This document shows, in pieces, positions 22,900-35,100 of a stretch of 37,669 nucleotides of DNA. The position numbers and the translations under genes are program-made. The stretch spans positions 1 through 37,669 of the forward strand of contig JAHLWZ010000961.1 of assembly GCA_020536535.1 (NCBI GenBank), read 5' to 3'. The notes under the pieces are model-generated. The model searched no databases, was not told where the DNA came from, and worked only from the letters and a program-made list of their open reading frames with translations. Each line of letters begins with the position of its first letter. The first letter of the stretch is position 1. Origin of the DNA: Pelomyxa schiedti. Its lineage: Eukaryota > Protista > Evosea.

Positions 22900-25413
22900 A
22901 TGGCTCATGATGGCAGCACCGCAGATGACTCTGAGCCTGACCTCGATTCCAGCCGGCGGCTGGCAAAATTTTGTGGAGATTCATTTGTATTCAGCGAGGG
23001 ACTGCCCCACTGTATCGAGGAGATCTCAAACAGTCCAGCACTCTCAACTTTTGTTGTAAGCTTCCTTGGCCGAACGCAGGCCGGCAAATCCACCTTGTGC
23101 AGGTTCTTGCTGAACCCCAAGGGGGACCTCTTTGGTAAGTCCATCAGGTTGATTTATTCCAAGGTTCTGACTCTTTTCGCTAACATTTGATATTTTCATT
23201 GTAACAGCCCACAAATTGGAAATACTACTGAAAGTAAAACTCGTGGAGTATGCTGGTACTCTGTTGATATATTTATTGAGCCAGAGGCGTTACCTTCACA
23301 ATCAAGTGAGAGCACCCAAGGTTACCCTCTGGACGCAGGTACAACGACTCAGGCTCTCATTTCCTCTACTACTCCCACAATGAGTACAGCTACCACTGAC
23401 GCTACAACTACCTCAACTACTCAGACCCTCCCCCCATCTCCTCCACTCTCCCAAAATACATCACCACTCTCCTCTGGAACACAAGAACAGAGCGATCAAT
23501 TCGTTCCTACAGCCCCGCCTTTGGCGGACTTGCCCTTGAGCGGTGAACCTGTGTCTTCACCTGTACCAGAGCCATCACTAGTTGAGGGAAGTTGTAGCAT
23601 CCCTCCAAATCAAAGCACTGATGCTCCAACAAGACTCGGGAGCTCTTCATCTCAGATACCAACGACTCAGAGAGGTTACTTAATAACCATAATAGTACTG
23701 GACTGGGAAGGCTGTGGTGAGGCAACAAGCAAGGTTTGTGACCGACTTCTTGTCTGTTAGTTGCCTCTGCAAACCATGAGTTTAACAGGCCAATTTTGTA
23801 TTTCCAAGACTTGGGCACCTTACATCCTCAGTTCTAGTTTGGGTTACTACTGGTGCTCTAGCAGAAGGGTTGACTGAACTCAGTGGTCTTTGTGAGAACG
23901 CAAGAATTGACATGGCTGATGTATTGATTTTTATTTTCGAATTTCTGTTTCACCACCAGAAAGGTCACGCAAAAGCCAGTCCTCGTTGTTGTTTTCAATA
24001 ACAAGACCAAAAGTGAATACGAAGTGCTTCGAAAAACAGACATTAGGACAAGGGTATTAAAAAAAATTCCAAACTGGGAAGAAATATTCCAGGACATACA
24101 AGTTCTCGTTATCCCCGCCACTGAGAACCCAAATTTTGGAACCCAATTGAATCACTTTTATGTATTTCTGAGATTCTCTGATTTTTGGTGACTCCTGTTT
24201 GAAGGGTCAAATTCGGGAGCTGCAGTCCCAAGTCTATTTCCATCTTACACCAAGACAGTGGCTGGACACTTTTTGTTCCATCGGGCCATTGGTGTGTTTC
24301 ATTTCTCCATATAGATCGAATTGTCATTCCTGAGAAGGTGGCGGACGGAAAGCCTGTTCACATGTGTAAAATTATGGACCAAGCAAAACAATATTCCCTG
24401 AATTCTTACCCACTCTCTGTTGGAGTGATTGCTTTTTCAGAAAAAGCACCTTTAAAAACATGCACCGACGATGTTTTTAATCAGGCATTTCAATTTGGAC
24501 AGGAGGCCCTTGCAAGGGAACTTGCTGTGTTTCAGGTCTATTACAGCTGTGACAAACCCCAGGTTAGCAGACCCAATTAAATGTCTTTTGAACTTATGTC
24601 TTCCCAGATGTTACATATCATTCAGATGTACCTTAATGAAATGGAAGAATCAAAGCCTTGCAGTCAATGCACTTTCAAAAAGAAATTTCATCCAAAGAAC
24701 CACCCTTTCCAAACAACCATTGAATCTGCTGAGAAGATGTACTCATCTGCCCGATGGATCTATGACGTTGAGGAAAACTGCAAGTACTTACATACCGCCC
24801 AGGTACTTCACTTACACCCACTACCCACTTTTTTCTCATCTGCCAACAGGTTATTAATGTGCCCACAGGAAAAGGTAAGTTTCTTTCTTTGCGCCCCACT
24901 GCCTTGAAAGAGGAGAATCAAGAAAAATACTCTGCGTTGATTGACCTGGCGAATGGGGACACCCTCAAGGTTACTTCTACCATAATGAAAATCAACACGT
25001 TAATTCCAAATCAGGACAAACTGAAATTCGGAGGAGGTGTTGCTACTGGGGCAATTTGTGGAGCTTGTGTAGTTGCCCCTGCTGCAGCATTTATCGCTGG
25101 GTGCACTTTTGGGCTTGGTCTCCCCGTCAGTCTTCTAATCGAGGGTGTGTCGGCTTCCCCCTGTCCGGGTGTGTACTTTGAGTAACAGTCTACTCACATG
25201 GCACTAGGGTCTGGAGCTGCTGTAGGAGCAGCTGTGGGTCTTGGTATTGGCGCTCTTGCTGGCTGTGCGACTTCTTACATTGCAAATAAGCATTTCTGTC
25301 AAAGGCAAAAGCTACTCTCGGACCAAGTCATTCACCACGAAATCTTTGCTGTCTGGTACCAAGAAAACCCCTTAATGATGAAAATCTGGAAAAAGAAAAC
25401 AAAACGGTCGTAA
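22900..25413 (+). CDS. GBP/atlastin (GB1/RHD3)-like P-loop GTPase with a Ser/Thr/Pro insert and a C-terminal glycine-zipper hydrophobic region; multi-exon
   Basis: G1 VVSFLGRTQAGKSTL; G2-like IGNTTESKTRGVCWY; G3 LDWEG; C-terminal GAAVGAAVGLGIGALAG. Confidence 0.7.
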
Positions 25414-25449
25414 CCACAGATCCTCTTTTTGTTTGTTTATTTCCCACTT

Positions 25450-27676
25450 ATGGCAGACACCGAACAAACAAAAGGCTCAACGTCTCCTACAACAGAAGAG
25501 ACCGAGGACCACAACCAACAGCAGTCACAAAAGGCCGAGAGTACGGAAGCAACAAACAACGACACTGTCGGTCTCACTGTGGATTCGAACACACCAGCAG
25601 AGCGACCCACCCGCGACACGCAAGTAGCGGGAGAGATCTCTACGGACGCTACGCAGCCGGAAACCGCTACTACGAGCAAAGACGCTGCCTACGAGCCTCG
25701 CCAAAGCGACGGTTCAAGCGCCGCACCAACAGAAAATTCGCAGGCAGTGGTACCGGCCACGCGTGGGAGAGAAGGAGAAGAACAAACAGAAAAAGGAAAA
25801 ATCGAGGATGTTGCCACTGGACCGGGGTCTGAATCTGTTTCCACAACTTCGCAGGCTTCTACTGCTGCTCCTTCAACTTCAAAATCACAGTCTCGCTCCC
25901 GATCTAACTCACGGTCTCGTTCGAGTTCTAGCAGTTCCAGCTCCAAGTCACGGTCTAGGTCTCGTTCACATTCACGTCACGCTTCTCGTTCTCGATCGCG
26001 ATCGGTCTCCAAATCCCCTCCCCCAGTTGCACAACCAAGGAGGAGGCGGAAACCAGAAGCCTTGACGGCTGTGGCAAATAAGATTGAAGGAGTTGCTACC
26101 ACAGTGGCTACAAACATAAGTGGCGTAGCGACGACTGTGACCTCCACTGCTGGCGGTGTTGCCACCAATGTCACCTCAACAGTAGGGGGAGTGGCAACCA
26201 ATGTAACTTCTAGTGTGGGTGTTGTAGCAAGCACTGTATCGACCAATGTTTCTGGGTTGGCAACATCTGTTTCAACAAATGTATCTGGACTAGCAACATC
26301 CGTTTCAACAAATGTGACCGAAGTCGCACAGGATGTGGCAGATGTGGCAATCGAGATTGCGCAAGTGGCTTCTGGGACTGTTATGGCTGCTGGTCACGCA
26401 CTCTTCGACCTCTCAAACAAGACAACTCTGGACAGATTTTCTGATCGCACAGCAAGAATAGCCAAGAAGGTTTACCCATCAAATTTGGCAGCTTTGATGA
26501 AGGTATGCAGAGTGATGAAAGGCAGAGACAGTGCAAACGCACCAACAGAGTAGGAGTTTTAAAAAAGTATGGGATACCATTATTTCCATAAGCTTCTGGA
26601 TCAGAGTACTGTGGTCATATGGATCTTCAGTCACGATTTATCTGCTGCTGACTTATGACTTATATCTTTACAGCTGGTATTTATTTACATGAATGAAAAT
26701 CAATTTTTAATCCTTTCAAAAAGGGGTGAGCTCACATATAATTCTACTGCTACTGACACTGAAAATTCTCACAGTATTTTGTGGGCAAACCCATCACCGG
26801 ACTGTTATAACTGGACTAGAGTACGATCCACAAAAGATAAAAATTCGCATTTTCATATACCTGTTCAGATTCACTGTGCGGATGAAGTCTTTATGGAGCA
26901 GGAGAAACAAGATGGGCACATTACATCAATCACAGGGCTGTATGCAATTGGAGTTACTGCATCAATGGTGCTCTTATGTCTGTCTTTTATCATCACCGAC
27001 ACCTTCTTGATATTCTTCAGAAAACCTGGTGCACAGTACATTGAAGTACGCCGGGCTCTCTTTTTACAACTCTAAAAAACCAAAAGCATATCTCCAATAC
27101 TATGACTATAGACTTGTTTGCTGTTATCTACAACGACATGAAAAACAACTTCAAGTGGGCGAAGGTGGGCCAGATTGCCTTCTACGTAGCCTTATGTCTA
27201 TTACCATGTGCGACTATACCAATTGTGTAAGTTTATTTTTACCATCAGCAAAACTTAAATGGAATAGAAACCAGTTCCTGATAGATGCCCCTTTTGTACT
27301 TGAGGTTGAAGATATCCCCAACATGTCACCTGACTACTGCCGGTGTGCCTACATGTGGAGTTCTTACTGGCGAACCAAACAATTCGTTGAGTGCACATCG
27401 GCCGCGGTTTTGCTTGTCTACTTATGCTTCTGCACAACATTATGCTACAGTGTCGGTGCGATTCCCTCGTATCTCTGCAACTTAGCATTCCCGGACCAAG
27501 TGAAGGTACTGCAAATAGTGGAGGCACAAAAATCGGACGACGATGATCAAAGTGACAGCGACACTGATGATGATACTGCACAGAACGGCGGGCCAGGGGG
27601 AGGTACCCAAAGCACGCCAACAAGCTCCACCACACATGACCCAGGAGAAAAAACACCCCTACTTCAAAGCCATTGA
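25450..27676 (+). CDS. Hypothetical protein with SR-rich and 11-mer amphipathic repeats; multi-exon
   Basis: Long first exon with an SRSRS tract and repeats VATTVATNISG/VATTVTSTAGG/VATNVTSTVGG/LATSVSTNVSG. Downstream exons are flanked by GT-AG introns and run to TGA at 27676. Confidence 0.7.
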
Positions 27677-27890
27677 GTTGGAGAACACTGTTTTTCGAAT
27701 TCCTAAAACATATTTCCAACTTGGGAATTCCCGAGTCTTTTTAAGTTTCCAAAAGTCCCAGGGGAGACTAAGGGAGACTTGCCCTTCGAGTTTGTCGACA
27801 TTAAAATGCAAAAGAAAGAGAAACTAAAGAAACTAAGTGTTTTCAAACAGAACCGAGGCACAAGTTAAGGTTTAACGCCAAAGCCGATTT

Positions 27891-27898
27891 TATAAATA
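27891..27898 (+). promoter_or_regulatory. Candidate TATA box
   Basis: TATAAATA ends ~20 nt upstream of the ATG at 27918. Confidence 0.4.
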
Positions 27899-27917
27899 CA
27901 AACACCTATCAGAAAGA

Positions 27918-28112
27918 ATGCGGAGCCTTCTCATCATTCTAATGTTGCCACTGTTGGTGATATCTGGCCCAGCAGCATACGCCACCTGTCAGGCTGCATG
28001 TGCTGCAGGATGCGTTGCGTCTTCCGTGGGATTTGTGGCCTGCTACGCAGCGTGCCAAGCGGGGTGCGCTGCATTGCTGGCCATGCCTGAACCATCATGT
28101 GTGATTCTATGA
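27918..28112 (+). CDS. Small cysteine-rich peptide with a signal peptide, twin CX3CX3C motifs and C-terminal CVIL
   Basis: MRSLLIILMLPLLVISG|PAAYATCQAACAAGCVASSVGFVACYAACQAGCAALLAMPEPSCVIL*. Confidence 0.8.
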   Translation: MRSLLIILMLPLLVISGPAAYATCQAACAAGCVASSVGFVACYAACQAGCAALLAMPEPSCVIL

Positions 28113-28189
28113 TCAGTGAATGACCCAGCCAAACAATGTAGATAGTGACGATTAACATGTGTATATTCTGGCTTTTTTTTTCCCCCCAT

Positions 28190-29398
28190 TCAAAGTGAAT
28201 GTACACCAAGAGTAGGAAGTGGAGGCCTGGTCGACTTTGGTTGGTTTATGGTAAATATGGAAGCACCAGTGAGGGCAGCAATAACCGAGATACGGCTACC
28301 TATTCGGCTTAAAAACAACCCCCCCTGAGGTTGGTTCATAACACGAACAGGACGGTGCACAATGAGAGGGCGTGACAGGTCAGTGACACTGAACACTTGC
28401 ATGGTTTGCGATTTGGAGTATTCTACACCAATGTGGGTTTCGTCAATGAACCACACAATCTTTCCTGTAAAGTCATTCCGCTCTCCAGTGCGGGTGTTGT
28501 ACAACCCACAAGTCGCAACCACGATTTGGTCCCCGGTGCTGTTGCGGACCACGCCGTTGGCAGAATCCGCGATGTCATAAGGGACCGGGTATGCCTCATC
28601 CGGGCTCCTTTTCACTTTCCCAGTCACGTAGCTGCTGGCCAAGTCGATCCTGAGAATATGCACAGCACTCGAGTCAGAATGCGGTGTTGACTTCCCTGTG
28701 CCTTTCTGGGAAGTGGGCCGCGGAGTCGCGCTAATCGCGAGTGACAGCAGTCCCCTGCCTGCAAATTCCATCACATGGACCTTGTTGCTGTGGCTCTGGT
28801 CCAGTCCCAGAGTCAGTATCACACACCCGCTGGCTTCCGGCTGCCCCTCTGGCGACAGCTTCCACACGTACAGCGAGTTATGGGAGGGGTCCAGGCCCAC
28901 GACCCACGACCTGTTGGCAACGCACCGGGCAATGGTAATAGAGACGGAACCAGGGAGTGGTCCAGGAATGTCGCCGAGCGGGACGATTTGGCTGCTGGGC
29001 TCGTCATTGCGGATTATGAAGGGGAGCCGGTAGCCGTTGACCACGTAGGCCAGGCTGTTGAGCCAGCCGCTGATAGCCGTGGGCCCGTCGGGGCTGTTGT
29101 AGGTGAAGGGCAGCTGGCAAACGCCCATTGTGGGAGACAGCCCGGCGCAGACGCACGACGACTCGGCGGCGTCGCCGGTGGTCACGCACACCATGGCCCC
29201 CGCCCCCATGCGCCCCCCGATTATGGGATACGGCACGACGAACGAGCGGCCGATCGACACGAGCAGGTGCGGAGGGAGCGTGGCCAAGGGAGGACCGTGG
29301 GCCACGCAACGACGCACGAGGACTCCGCAGGCCAGAGCGACGAACTGGTCACGAGCCATAAGCATGCCGCGCAACTCCACGTTTCGCGAAGTGATCAT
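28190..29398 (-). CDS. Intronless hypothetical protein of the AR(D/E)QFxALA family
   Basis: 402-aa ORF: LMARDQFVALACG...RC...LPPHLLVSIG...GLSPTMGV, with a beta-rich C-terminal region. Confidence 0.8.
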   Translation of the reverse strand: MITSRNVELRGMLMARDQFVALACGVLVRRCVAHGPPLATLPPHLLVSIGRSFVVPYPIIGGRMGAGAMVCVTTGDAAESSCVCAGLSPTMGVCQLPFTYNSPDGPTAISGWLNSLAYVVNGYRLPFIIRNDEPSSQIVPLGDIPGPLPGSVSITIARCVANRSWVVGLDPSHNSLYVWKLSPEGQPEASGCVILTLGLDQSHSNKVHVMEFAGRGLLSLAISATPRPTSQKGTGKSTPHSDSSAVHILRIDLASSYVTGKVKRSPDEAYPVPYDIADSANGVVRNSTGDQIVVATCGLYNTRTGERNDFTGKIVWFIDETHIGVEYSKSQTMQVFSVTDLSRPLIVHRPVRVMNQPQGGLFLSRIGSRISVIAALTGASIFTINQPKSTRPPLPTLGVHSL

Positions 29399-29500
29399 GC
29401 TTGGTTTTTTTCAGGGAAAAGGATTTTTTCGATTTGAGATTGACTTGCTTGAAGTGGCGAGGAACAAAAACAAATAAACTTGGTGCACCAAGGCAGAGTG

Positions 29501-31902
29501 ATGTCTCTGACTGGCAGCTATAGCGCCCCGAAGGTGACTAGTAGTAGTGGAATTGGGGCCGTGGTGTCTGCTTCTGCGTTGAGGATTGACTCGAGTGGAG
29601 TGACGGCGGAGGCAATGGCAATTTGGAGACGACAGCGCAAGTTGCCTCCTCAATTGAGGGCAGATGCTTGGAAGGTTTTTTTTTTCCCTGTTGACATGTT
29701 CGTTTGGTTTTATTTTATGTTTTGGGTGTGTTGGCGTATTTACCTGCGAGATAGTTGTCAACGACTTTTGTTTCGCTCCTTATTATATTTTTTATTTAAT
29801 ATGAAAGCACAGGCGATGCTCAAAGTTAACTCGACAATGCTCTCGAGTTCTCCTGCATCTACTTTGGATGAGAGGCTTTTGTTGGCTGTGTCATCCACTA
29901 GTCATCACGGTGGTATGTACTTCTTCACTCTTCACATTTTTGTGGTTAAGAGTCATAACCAGAGTTTACCAGTGAGGGTGGGGTCGTGGTTGCAAGACTA
30001 GCCTCAATTTTTTGCTCATCAAGAAGTATCTCTTCTAAGTACTTGATTTTTTTCGGCCTATGCCTGTTAACATATATTATTAGTTCCTCAAACATCAAAT
30101 ATGTAATGGAAGTTGCCAGTGCGTTTTCTGGCCTGCGCATGATGGATCAGGAGGGAGCAGCATGTTTGGCTGTTATTGAAAGTCGATATCTGCCACACTC
30201 TTTGGGTGCAGATTCTCCTAAAATGGCTGTAATGACAGGTATGCTTATTTAGTGACTACACCTCATAGTCAAAAGGACTTGTCAGACTCTTCTACCTATT
30301 GGTGACATACCACGATCCTGTTTTAGCCTCTTCTCTCTTGCGTGCCGACAAACCACACACTTTTACACATGATTGGGTTAAATTCTTTAGATACTTGACA
30401 CTCTAACTTACAACATACAAACAGCTTTGCTGCCTTTTCGCCCACACATGTTCATCTCTTGATATATTTCTACAACTTTGTGATGCCTATTTCCTATTGG
30501 AAGACTCTCTGTTATTTATGTTCATGGCTGTCAGTTTAGTCATGTCAGTTCGGTTGGTGCATTCCTTCTCCAGTTTTAATCTTTCTGTGTTTTTCCTTTT
30601 ATAACTTGTTCCACTCTTCTCCTCTTTCTCTGAAAAGAAAAACTTTGATCGCCTCAAGTCAAAGAGAACTTGAAAATCTATTAAACAAACTCCGCATATC
30701 ATCATCTGACCAACTCCAAACTCTCATTACAAGGGCTCTTGCCATTTCGTCTCATACTCCATCCTCCTTCAGGTCATTGTGCCCTCCTTCTTCTGTTAAA
30801 TGAATTCACCTGTAGGAAACAGTTATATTCCACAATGACAGACATGGTTTCTCTTGCCATTCTTGTGTATTCTAGCCTGATGCAAACAGGTCTATTTCCA
30901 CGCATGGATTTATAGCTACTTGGTAAACTCTCCTTGCTTGCACATTTCCGTACTCGATATGTTGGCAGACCAAGTACACAACAGCTTCCCCAAACTGTGA
31001 AGAACTTACCCTCCAAATAAAACCAGAAGAAGAAAATTCCCTACTACATCTGTGACTGTCGCCCACAAGACCACTTTGATGCTGGGCACCTGCCAGAGGC
31101 TCATCACATTCCCCTTCCTGATGTATCTTTTCCAGTTTTTTTTTTAACTATTAATTCACTCGATCAGCCCTCAGATAAATCCGCATCTCTAGACGAGTTT
31201 GTGCAAGAATTGAAAGGGGTGTCCTCATCAACAGATGGTATGAAACATGTTCACATTGTCCTATGTGGTATTGGAGCACACGAATCTCCTACGGAAGTTG
31301 ATGAAGAAATGAACACGGCTCTCTTGGCTCTTCTCAAAGCCGGGATAATGAGGATTTCTGTATTCCACCGTGGTTATGAAGGTAACACTTCCGTAGTTTT
31401 AGTTTCATTGAAGTACGAACTCATCGAGAGCCACCCTTTTAGGCTGCCATGAACTATTTGCTGCAGGCATGTAGTATAGTTATTCTTTAGGAGCTCTGCA
31501 TTAATTACCTATTTCTCAGGAAAGATTGAACTTGAAAGCCATGTCGTGACTGGATGTTCTCCCTGTAAAACTCCCAAAAAAGTGGAAATCAAAAAGCCCG
31601 TTGCCACTTCTAATGCTGAGGTTGATATTTTAATCCAGTTATTCCACATACCCCCAATACCCACATGTTAACAGGTCCGGAAATCTTCTTTCTTTGGGCG
31701 GAACATCATGGATATGATTTCCTCCAACACCCCACCACCCGCACCGTCGCCTGTTGTTGTGCAACAACCACAAGAAAATACACCAACACCCACTCTATCA
31801 TCCCCGCTAGGGGATTCCCCTCTTCTGCTGGGATTCCCTCACCTCCACACTCTTTTTCACCCTCCAAGCATCACCACAGACAGCAACGACAACCCGCCGT
31901 GA
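29501..31902 (+). CDS. TBC1D23: TBC1D23-like protein (TBC + rhodanese-like domain), multi-exon
   Basis: LPPQLRADAWK; LVRLFYLLVTYHDPVLA; SHTPSSFR; YICDCRPQDHFDAGHLPEAHHI; HIVLCGIG...MNTALLALLKAGIMRISVFHRGYEG. Confidence 0.82.
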
Positions 31903-32113
31903 CAGCACACCTCTGCTGGGATTTTCCTCTCAGCAACAAGTGTAGCTTGTTTTTATTAAAACAACAACGTTCCTCTACGAGTTTTTCGTCTCCATTTCTC
32001 TTCTCTGGGGTGAGGTCAAGGCATTTATTCTGGAGCTATGTATCTGGTGTATCTTTCTTTACCTAATCCCACCGGCCAATTTTCAAAACATTACAGAGGT
32101 TGGTATTATTTTG

Positions 32114-35100
32114 TTACATTCTCCTAGACCTCGGTGCAGAACTAGAGGCAGAAGGAGTCAACGAACGTCCAAGTGTTGCCACATTTGAAGTCAGTACAGG
32201 GGTAGTGGCGGCCGAGTAGCTGTTTGTTGGGTTTGTGCCTGCATCCCTTCGTATTGTTACCGGAAGCTTGTTGGTCAGCTCCTTGAGTACCATCGGGTCC
32301 ACTTTTCTGTGTGGCTTGCGGACTTCCAGTAGCGTGCGGTATTCTTCAAACTGGAAGAGTTGTGTTGCGCCTTGTTCACTTTGTTCTGTGATGTGCTCAA
32401 GGAGTTCCTTTTTGAGGGTTAGTGGGAGCTGATAAACGTAGAGAACATGACTTGCCTGTTCATCCAGAGCAAGCAATTCAAAGTATCGTCGTGCTCTGTC
32501 AAAGTGGAACTCTTTTTTGTGTATCGTATGGGTGAGATTTTGTTGCAATGTAAACACGTTTTTGCACAGCTTGGATATGGCATTGCTGTTGACAGCCGAC
32601 ATAGTACTCACACTACGAATAAGCAGAGCACCAATTAGCAACGCCAGTCCATCAATCACAAACCTGGCGCAGGATTAAGGAGGTGGAGGTTTTAATCTAC
32701 TGACCTAGATTTTCTTTCTGATAAAAGAGGAATGAGGGTCTCTTCTACTTGAATGAGATCTTTGTTAAGTTCCACAATAAATGTGTCAGGTTGAGGCATT
32801 TTTTCTTCTTTGGTATAGGTTTGCTGAAAAAGGTTAGGTCAAAACAAATAGAGGCTGCCCATACTCCTTTAAATTGACTGAGAAAGTGAAAGCAATGTAG
32901 ACGAATTTCAAGTCGCAGAGCCATGAGAGAATTGTTTGCCAAATCTTTGAATCCTGAAACAATAGGAACCAGCTTTTGTTCCAAGAAAGTACGCCAATCC
33001 GAGCTTTGCTTCCTACATCTCGCATTAATTGTCACCCTAACCATTTTATCATCAAACCGGTTTTGAGCTGTTTTTTTTGTGGCTTCACATATTTCCTGAA
33101 TACGGTGTGCACACCAATCCTTTGACTTTTTAGGGGAGAGTTTATGAAGGAGAGAGTATACCAGAGACTCACACAAACTGCCAAGAAGAGCAATTCTTTG
33201 TTGTTCCAAAATCAGTTGTTCACGCTGTACAACAAAGGTAGGATCATGCACATATCTGTCCAATAAAGCCTCACACTCATAAAAACTGAAAGCACCTTGG
33301 CAGAATTGGGTGCTTGTCTTGTCGAATATATTATAGTACCTTTATCACGCCCAATCTTCTGGGTGCTCAGGGATGCAGTAATTCCTTTCACATTACCTGG
33401 CCAAAGAGGGTCTGATTGTAGTTGTTCTATCCAGGTGGCACTATAGCACTGTCATTTAATCCACTGCGTGGCAAAGAAGAAATACCAATCTGGCCCTGTA
33501 AGTAGAATAGCAGTCAGAGTCAGAGGTCTTTCTTCAGGCTTTATTCCCAAAACCAAAGCGTACACTGATGTGCACTTTTCAAAAAATCTACAAGAAGGAT
33601 GTGGGTCAAATAGTGGTAAGCATTAATATACCCCATAACAGTTTCTTCGAATAATGATACAAAACCACGCTGACTTGCACCTTCAAATGACTGTACCACT
33701 CCAATGAGGTCCTCCAATAGAGCAATCATTTTGGGTGCGCACTGTACTCTTGGTGAACAGAGTGAGTTTATAAAGCACTTTGGCATACCTGCATCAGTGG
33801 CACGCCAGATTTGTACGGGGTTTCAGATGGTCTAAATGAATCACTTGCTACACGCAAAGATAAGTATGTATAGGCTTTTCAAACGTTATACACACTTTCT
33901 AATGCAAGCCGTATTTTATTTTTGGTATCCTTTTCTAAGTGTGGAATGAACTTTTGTTGTGTGAATGTTTTCAAGAAATCTCGGAGCGGCGTTGCAACTG
34001 GTGGTGCAAACCTTTGGTACTGAGTAATGAATATAAGTCACACTACGGAAGATAATACTGGTTGCAGTCGAAAACATCCAGGACTTTGTCATCAAATTGT
34101 GTGAGTATTGGATATAGTTTACTAATGCTCTTGAGATCCACTGGGACAGAGGTTCTAGCAGAGTTTCTCATTGCTGCTTCAAAGAAGTAGGATGAAGAAT
34201 TCTCAAATGAGAATATCTGAAATCAGATGTTACATTTCTAGCAATTAGATACCAATTTATACTTTAGAACCACGGGCACCTAAAAGTGGAGTTGTTGAAA
34301 TGGAGTCATTCAAGGCTGCAAACAAGTACGGCACCAGAGCATCCTTGAACTTGGGAGGGTTATTAAGTTAAGGAATATTGAATTGAGAGGCATACCACAT
34401 CTTGAGCTTGACTCCAAATAGTAGAAATGTTGTAAGTCGACGTTGGTGAAAGGGACTTGAACACTTGCGAGAGATAGCCATGGTTCTTCAGTACTTTACA
34501 AAAAGAGTCTGTTGCAGATTGAAAGGCAGCAACGAAGTCTTTTGCTTCCTCTAGGCTGATGTTGTTTAAAAAGTTGAGAGGTGGAAATTTGCACGCACAC
34601 TGAAGGTTGATGTGAACTGGAACTTTGCTGAACTTTAATTTTATTTTCTTCAAGAAGCCGAATTATTTCACTTTTTGCATTCTGTAACTGCACAGCAACA
34701 CTCTACAAAGAGATACTCTTGTGAAATAAAATGCAACAGCTAACAAACATACTGTGGCCAATCCCAATTTTTCAAGTGAGGCAACACAATTTTTAAGGAA
34801 AACCCTATACAGAGTTCAAAGTTTGTTTTTAAGTTGGTAAATAACCTTGGGTCCGCCTCGGGATCAGTCACAGACATCCAATCCTCCTGTGATAAGAAAA
34901 CAGAGTCTAGCACCAAGCCTGAAGGAATGTGAATAAGTTAGCCAAGCACATGGACACGGCACCTTTAAAAGTAGAGTTGTCATTCATTCTGAAAAGAGAC
35001 GAATCTAAAACAGGTTGTGGTTTCGACGCGGAGGTGGGGGAGTATCGCAAATACACATGGTCACATATTTTTTTTGTGACAGTGGTTGTGAAATCCTGAG

